From Octopus vulgaris (lineage: Eukaryota), in the NCBI GenBank assembly GCA_951406725.2, contig OX597816.1, forward strand, positions 49,662,001 through 49,726,000: 64,000 nt of DNA, given 5' to 3'. Below are positions 56,724 to 64,000 of this stretch, piece by piece. The notes below the pieces were generated by a model. The model did no database searches and was not told the DNA's origin. It saw only the letters and a program-made list of their open reading frames with translations. The first letter of the stretch is position 1, and each line of letters starts with the position of its first letter. Position numbers and translations under genes: made by a program.

Positions 56724-57539
56724 AATATTCTATAATTGTAAACATATTCCCTCGATCGTGTGCATATTTAAACCTAGCACATTCAAAATATATATTGGAA
56801 ATGCTACACTGATGATGAGAAGTAAGTAATAAACATATTAACCTCGAAACGCTTCTGATGCTAATCGAAGTCGTGTTGATTCATTATTTTTCTCTTTGCC
56901 TACGTAAAACAGTCTGTTACTGTCTAGGAGATTCTTACGATAGTAGGAAAGGAATTTTCAACTCCTTTTTTCTAAATTCAGTATGTGGTGAAGCAATTAG
57001 CTGACCCCTAATTATAATTATGTTTATAATTATATAATTTTTCTATAATTTTACATATAAAGGTGATTTCAACGTACCCATCTACTTGGTAAAATTATTA
57101 ATTAATTTAATGATTAATTAATTAATTAAATTTATTAAGTTTAATCTTTTATTATTTATTATTTATTTGAAATATATATATACATGTAAATCTGTATACA
57201 TGTATCTAAATACACAAATAAATTTGGTGGGTGTGGGATAGTTGATCACGTCGACACCATCACTCAACTGGTAACTATTTCCTAATTATTCATCTACAAG
57301 GAAGAAACGTACAATGATATCTGTTCACTAATATCTTTAATGAGGGTTAGCCTTAAGCTACACAACAGCAACAACAACGTTAACAATAACAACACAAAAC
57401 ATGATCAGTATTGCAAAACATCTGGTGTACGGTTAAATATTATTGGTAAGGCTTTATTATACACACTGAATTCATTCATACATACCATGCATATATATAC
57501 ATACATATGCATACACACATACACACACACACAAACACG

Positions 57540-57615
<76 letters not shown>

Positions 57616-58950
57616 CACTCACACACTCATATATATATATGTCGTTATTTCCGTTCTATTTTAACAAAAACGGAAACGTGAAACTCCTGAGTAACAGCTT
57701 TTGTTATGTGCTTTCTCCGGTATATATATGATTGCGTATATCTAAGTACACGCACACAAATAAATGGTCATTTCTGCTATGAACAGAAGACAGCAAATTT
57801 TGGGGGAGAGAGGTAGTCGATTAGATCTACCCCATTGCTGAACTGGTAATTATTTCATAATCTTCTATAAGGAAGAAGGCTATAAAAATGTCCAACAGTG
57901 TATGAAATATATCCTCATAATATTTTATGCTGTTCTTTTATGTCTCGTATATAATACATATTTGCAAACATTCTTAAAGATTACTAACGTAATATTAAGT
58001 ATAAATATTTCGTTCAATGATTTCAATTTATATATTATTTCATTAAGTTTCTGTAAAATTATTGATATTCCAACAGTTTTCCATTCCATTTAGTAACGGC
58101 ATTTACTTAATGGAATATATTATTTAAGATCAAAGACATTTAGAAATGCTGTAACGCGTTTAGGGCACATTATTCAGTAGATACTTCATGTAAGCTACAG
58201 ACCTTTCAATCAGATTACTAAATTGGGTAACTGATTAATATACCATTGAAAAATATTGCATACATCAAACACATCCATGATTAAAGCACTCTCTTCTTAA
58301 CATCCATAAGCTCGATAGCCAAATATTGACGCAACAATATTATTCACATACCAGTCCTTCGATTAAACTTGATATTAACCTTTTAAACATCATCATAAAC
58401 TAACGCTTACTCTTGTGCTCCTCTAATCGGTTAAGCTTTTAAATGCCAATGCACATCGTTTTTCAAACACTCAGTAAATTATACAAAAACCGAAATCATA
58501 GAAAGTGTTCAAAATAATTTTTATACGAAATCATTCACAAATATATCATTACAAACATAACTTCTATTGATTACAATTTAATTGAATATTTCATGACCAA
58601 TGTTATATACAACTCACTTTACAGACTACATAAAATAAAATTTAATCTTTGTGACATTTCATCGTCATCACACTAATAAATATTTATGCATATTTTGTGT
58701 CCTTTTTAAAAATAATTTATCTCGCTATCTATCTATCTATCTATCTACCTATCTATCCATCCATACATGAATACACACACACGTGTGAGTATCTATACGT
58801 AGGCTTTTGTATCTACAAATAGGTATGTATATAAGTATTTATGTATGTATATATGTATATATGTATGTAAGTATGTACGTATGAATGTATGTATGTGTAT
58901 ATATATATGTATGGATATATATATATATATATACATATATACATACACAA

Positions 58951-59018
<68 letters not shown>

Positions 59019-61888
59019 CTTTATATGTATGAGTGTGTGTTGTGTCTGTAATTGAGTTGGATTTGTGTCTGTAATGTGTGTTGAGTTGTAATTGTAAATT
59101 TGAAATTGAAATACAGAGACTTTTATCTACCAAATTTTATGTTTTCCAAAATATTGAACTGAAAATAAGATGGAAAACAGAGATATAATCAGACAAATTT
59201 TCCTTAGCCTGTCCAATATTTTCAAAAAATCGCGGAATTTCTAATAAAATTCCCTTTCAAAACTATAGATATTTTTCCATGAATCCGTATAATAAAAGCC
59301 CAAAATTTGGCAACATATTAAAAGTATACTATTAATCATAAATGATGTATTTTGAAATATTTCCTCTTATATTAATGAATAATATTGCAAATAAACACAA
59401 CACCCATATATTACAAATTAATAGATGATGAAAAAAACGGTGAAATTACGCATTTCTATTACATTAACCTTTTTTTATCTTATCTTGTAGCATAATTATA
59501 CTGTCGACGATTATTATGATTATGCCAAGTTCGATCAAGATTTGTCAGTACTGACCTGAAATATATATACTGCAACAAGGAGATACTTACAGTTATTACG
59601 CTTAATTATAAGGAATATTATTCTTGACCGGATTAACTAAGACCTTGTTTCCCATTAAAAAGTACAGTAATCTATTGAAACATGGACTCATTTTTTGGTT
59701 ACTATTTCAATATGCTTCAGAAATGTTGATATCTGTTGAAAGATATCGATAGGGAAAGAATAGGAGATTTCAAAGAAATATTTTGCTTTATGATTTATTC
59801 CTACAATAGAAAGAAAATAAAAATAAATGTACCTAATGTTTCTATCAGATAAAAAATTGCTCTTGTTAATTGATTTAGCTATTTACACCTGCTCCGTCGG
59901 ATAAGACAATAAATTGCCTATAGAAATATAATGATAATCTTTGTTTTAAACGTACTGAAGTTTGATACTTTGAAAAAACTGCGTAAAATAATAAAAGTTT
60001 ATTTAATTACTTGATCGATGTAATTGACAAAAATTCCCTAAGAGAAGAGATTTATTGATCAAAAACTTTCTCTTTAGCGCACACGAGTGGCAAAATGCCG
60101 GCCGTAAATCTCGAGAAAAAATGTTTATTTTCGTTTATCTTATAATATTGAGTGTAGAATAGGTCCTTCTGTTTGTTTGTATCTGACGCATTAATATTAA
60201 AAGAACGACAATGATAAAGCAGATTTAGCTGGGAGATAACGAGGAAAGATCTCAGATTAAAGGAATCTATTTCCTTTCTGACAATACTTCTTAAGAAAGT
60301 GACTCCTATAATTTCTCACAGATATTCGAGTGGAATGTGACATTAAGCCTGCTTCTCAAACGTTATAGCTTGAATCTGATAATTTAAATGCGTCTTTCCA
60401 ATAGAAGCAACGCGTTTCGTAATCTAAACCGTTGTTAATCATTAAAGGAAATATATCCTAATGAACACAATATTTTATGTTTTCATAGTATCAAACGTCA
60501 AAGAATCCCCCATGGCCTTTACCTTCACTGGTCATCCATCATAGCTGCTATCGGTTGGTTACATTTTAACATCTATTTCGTTATATGTGCACAGCAAATA
60601 ATGAATCAATTATTTTGACCACTCTGTTTCTTTCTCGTTATAAAGTTCAAAGAAACTTTTTGATTAGCTCCATTTAGAATGGACACTTTCAGAGTTCATA
60701 CATTTTCCGTAAAGATATTAATTATGGGAAGATAACGTTGTGTATATGGATGTAGAATTTTAAAGAGAAAGCACTATAACGTTTGACTCTGGTACGATAT
60801 GCATATTATTAGTTTGCTGTTTCATGCTATGAGATAATTAGTTAAGTAAGCTATTAAATAAAATCCTATAAGTTTAGTGCAGTGGCCATAGAAAGTTATA
60901 TTAATGTATTGTCCAGTATAAAACATACGTTTCTAATTGGAGAGCATGATACAATCTTTATCAGCAAATTAATTTCATCGATCTGTAAAAGAGATTTGAT
61001 GCGACAAACTGTGAGCTGTGAACCAGCGAACGAGACGTGATAAGTATCGTTAGAGACAAATACATCTGTTTTTAATTATGATAACTAATTTATATTTATT
61101 ACTTAAGATTAGCAGCTGCATGATAAAGCATTGCTACATTCTTATTGATATTAAATGTCGCTTTGAAAATTAAATTTTGCTGATTTTTTTCCGAGATAAA
61201 ACACAATTCAGCTGGATTTACTAAATATCAGTGTGTTATATTCGATTATAGTCATTTTTTATTTAATTATTACAATTTCACTACTATACAATTATTGTAT
61301 TGCAATAAATTCTGTTTTGAAATCTTATTGAACGAAATTTAAGCGCCATCACTGTTGACAACCTTGGGTCACATCAAACAATTACTTTATGAAGAAATAC
61401 TATTTAAATTCTAATTAGTTTTCCATCAAGTTATAGAACACAAATTTCTCATCTAGGTGACCTAGGATCGATCTCCAGTATAACACCACAACAATTTTTT
61501 TTATGCGTAAGAAATGACCTCCATGAACGTTAAGTCTGATGGAGAGAGCAGTGAAATTTTCTTCAAATCACAATGTAACCCATTACTGAAGTAAAGGCAC
61601 CATAGTTCATATAGGTCTTATACATATATAGTCGGGTAAATGTTAGTTGGTAACAGAATTAGAACAGTTATGTTCTATTTGACATGTATTGATCTGGGTT
61701 AAACAAACGTTATCAATATAATTTACAAGTAATAACAGGCTGAAATTTGCGAATTATTATATATATATTAACATTTTTAATTGTGGGTAAGTTAATGCTG
61801 ATGTTTTTTTTTATATATTTTCTACCGATAACTTGAAGCTCACCGAATCACTCCACCTGGATCCTTGGATCTTCTCTCTGTCTCGCTG

Positions 61889-61931
<43 letters not shown>

Positions 61932-61944
61932 TAGATAGATAAGA

Positions 61945-64000
61945 AAGTTTGTTTGGTAAAGCACGTGGGTGAATATATAAGAAAATAGTAAAGTGTGAAA
62001 AAACGACAGAAGGCTTAAATGTTAAAAAATATATATATTTGTGTCAAAATGTCTGGAGAATATTGGAAAAATTTTTTTCCTTTCCTTAAAATGACATAAT
62101 TTTAAAATTTTTAAAGAAATTACCGGTTTCGCGTGTAGCTTTTCAAATTTCTTGTGACGTTATGTTTATATTGCATGGAATTATCGTTGTTTTTATTTCC
62201 AGGAGATTTCTAAATAAGGGGAGGTAGTGAGTGATTTTTTCCGGTGTAGGGGAGATAATCGCTTAAAAATTTTTTTTCCCATTTCCTTGTTAATTTCTCT
62301 GTGTCAGTATGTTCGGATGGTTGAGTCTGGGTTTGTACTTTTCAATGAAGAATGTTTCCTTGTTCAGTCTCATTTGTGTTGATGATCCGAAAGCACATTG
62401 GTAAAATGGGAAGATTAAAAATTGTGGCAGTAGTTGCTTTGCGCATTTCTCAATGTGCTCACTAAAAGGTATCATTCTATATTCTGGGAATGCAATCTGT
62501 TGTCGATGCAGTGTGCATCTGCGCCTGAGTGATAGTCCCGTGGAACCCACTTAGTCTTGGTGGCAGCCCGAGCATTTAATAACATAAATTATGTTTTCAG
62601 AGGCACAAGTAAAGTTAGATTTGATCTTAAATTTCTGTCCTTCTTTAAAGAAGAATTCTGATCCTTCCAATAGGTTAGGACATGTTGCACAGTTCGATCT
62701 ACCACATTTTTTTACTTTTGCATCCGTAATTTTAGAAGACAATTTTGCCTTTGTGAGAATCTTTTAAGTGATTTAGGCTGTTTGTAGCTTTTAATGATTT
62801 GGTGTATGTTTAGAATTTCCTTTAATTTTGGGTTTTTATGAAGTATTGGTAAATTCTGGGTGATGATGGTTAAGGCTTCTTTGTTTCTGGGGTTGTATGT
62901 AGATATGTAAGGTAGTATTTTCGGGGAAGGTGTGTTGTTGTGTTGAACTTTTCTTAAAGTTTCTATGTTGATTTCTGTTGCACGTCTGATCCCATCCTCT
63001 ATGAGTTGAGCTGGGTAATGTCTGTCAATTAGGGTGTTTTTGAGTTCTTGCAGTCTAAAGTTCCTGGTATTTTGTTCTGACACTATTGTGCATATCCTTC
63101 TTGCAAGGTTGAAGGGGATGTTTGTTTTAGTGTGTCTTGGGTGGCATGAATTAAAAAGAAGGTATTGTTTGGCGTCTGTGGCTTTGTAAAAAATGTCTGT
63201 TTCTATTTTAAGGTTAATTTTTTTAATTAGTATATCCAAGAACGGGAGCTCCTTTTGGTTGTATTCCATTGTGAACTGTATATTTGGGTTTATGCTGTTC
63301 AATAGGTTTTTAAATTTTAGGAGTTTATCTATGTTTTCATTCCAGAGAATGAAACAATCGTCTAGGAATCGTTTCCAATTCTCTTTTATGTATTGAGAGA
63401 GGGAGTTTCCAAAGATTGATAGAGATTCCTGGTAAATGATTATTTCCATGTATCCCATTGTTAAGTTCGCAATGACTGGTGCTGCCCTTGTACCCATAGC
63501 AATTCCGGATTTTTGACGGTAAAATGTATTGTCAAACATGAAGTGGTTATTGTGTAGGATGAATTCAATTGATTTAGTAATGAATTCCTTACTGATCCTT
63601 TTTGGTATTTCTTCCGGAAATTGGTCTAACCAGAATTGTATTGCCTCCAGTCCATAATTATGAGGTATACTGGTATACAAGTTGACTACATCAAATGAAA
63701 CCAGGATTGTTTCTTCCTTGGTTTTTTTTGGAAGGTGGTTTAACATATCTAAGTCATCTCTGATATGGCTATCGATATGTTTAAGGAAGGGCTTCAAAAG
63801 GATGTCCATAAGTAGACTTAGTCTGTGTGTTTCACAGGTTGGGCCAGCTACAATGGGTCGTAGTTTTAGGTCCCCCGGATTAGGTGTGTGTATGTATGTC
63901 TTTGGTGATTTTTTAATGGTTTCATTTATAATTTGACTTTTATGAATTTTTGGCAGACCATAGAAAAGGCTAGGTTTGCATTTAAAGTTTGTTAGGAAAT
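61945..64000 (-). mobile_element. Penelope-like element (Neptune type): RT, Zn finger and GIY-YIG endonuclease, running off the window end
   Basis: FYGLPKIHK, LRPIV, SFDVVNLYT, GIAMGT and RFLDDCF, then linker CGRSNCATC and NIIYVIKCSGCHQD*VGSTG...HRQQI...H. One frameshift (about 62760) and one stop (62551). The AT-rich 3' region abuts (TA)n(GATA)n. Confidence 0.95.
62114..62153 (-). ncRNA. Minimal type I hammerhead ribozyme with U3-A8 core variant
   Basis: AAGAAAU-UUGAAAA-GC(UACAC)GC-GAAA-CCGG-UA-AUUUCUU: perfect 7-bp stem I, 2-bp stem II, palindromic stem III ACCGGU and a GUA cleavage triplet. It lies in the PLE 3' region. Confidence 0.8.

Overview
AT-rich, microsatellite-saturated eukaryotic DNA whose repeat content strongly suggests an octopus (coleoid cephalopod) genome; this is inferred, not proven. 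The only confident host coding sequence is one 536-bp internal exon (29595-30130, minus) of a canonical alpha-type nicotinic acetylcholine receptor subunit. No other exon of this gene was found, so most of the window is probably very long introns. The rest is mobile DNA: a Neptune-type Penelope-like element (PLE), an R4/Dong-type LINE, RTE and CR1-like pieces, mariner/Tc1 and hAT transposons, MITEs, several SINE families and a U6 pseudogene. The most interesting signal is RNA structure. It comprises a minimal hammerhead ribozyme with a U3-A8 core at the PLE 3' end, two families of ~200-bp (TA)n-associated elements with variant minimal hammerhead-like motifs, a fold-back-plus-fixed-tail family, a 600-bp palindrome and inverted SINE pairs. 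Together these point to PLE-dependent, ribozyme-bearing non-autonomous elements that load a neural pre-mRNA with double-stranded RNA. Most ORFs in the supplied track are microsatellite artefacts.
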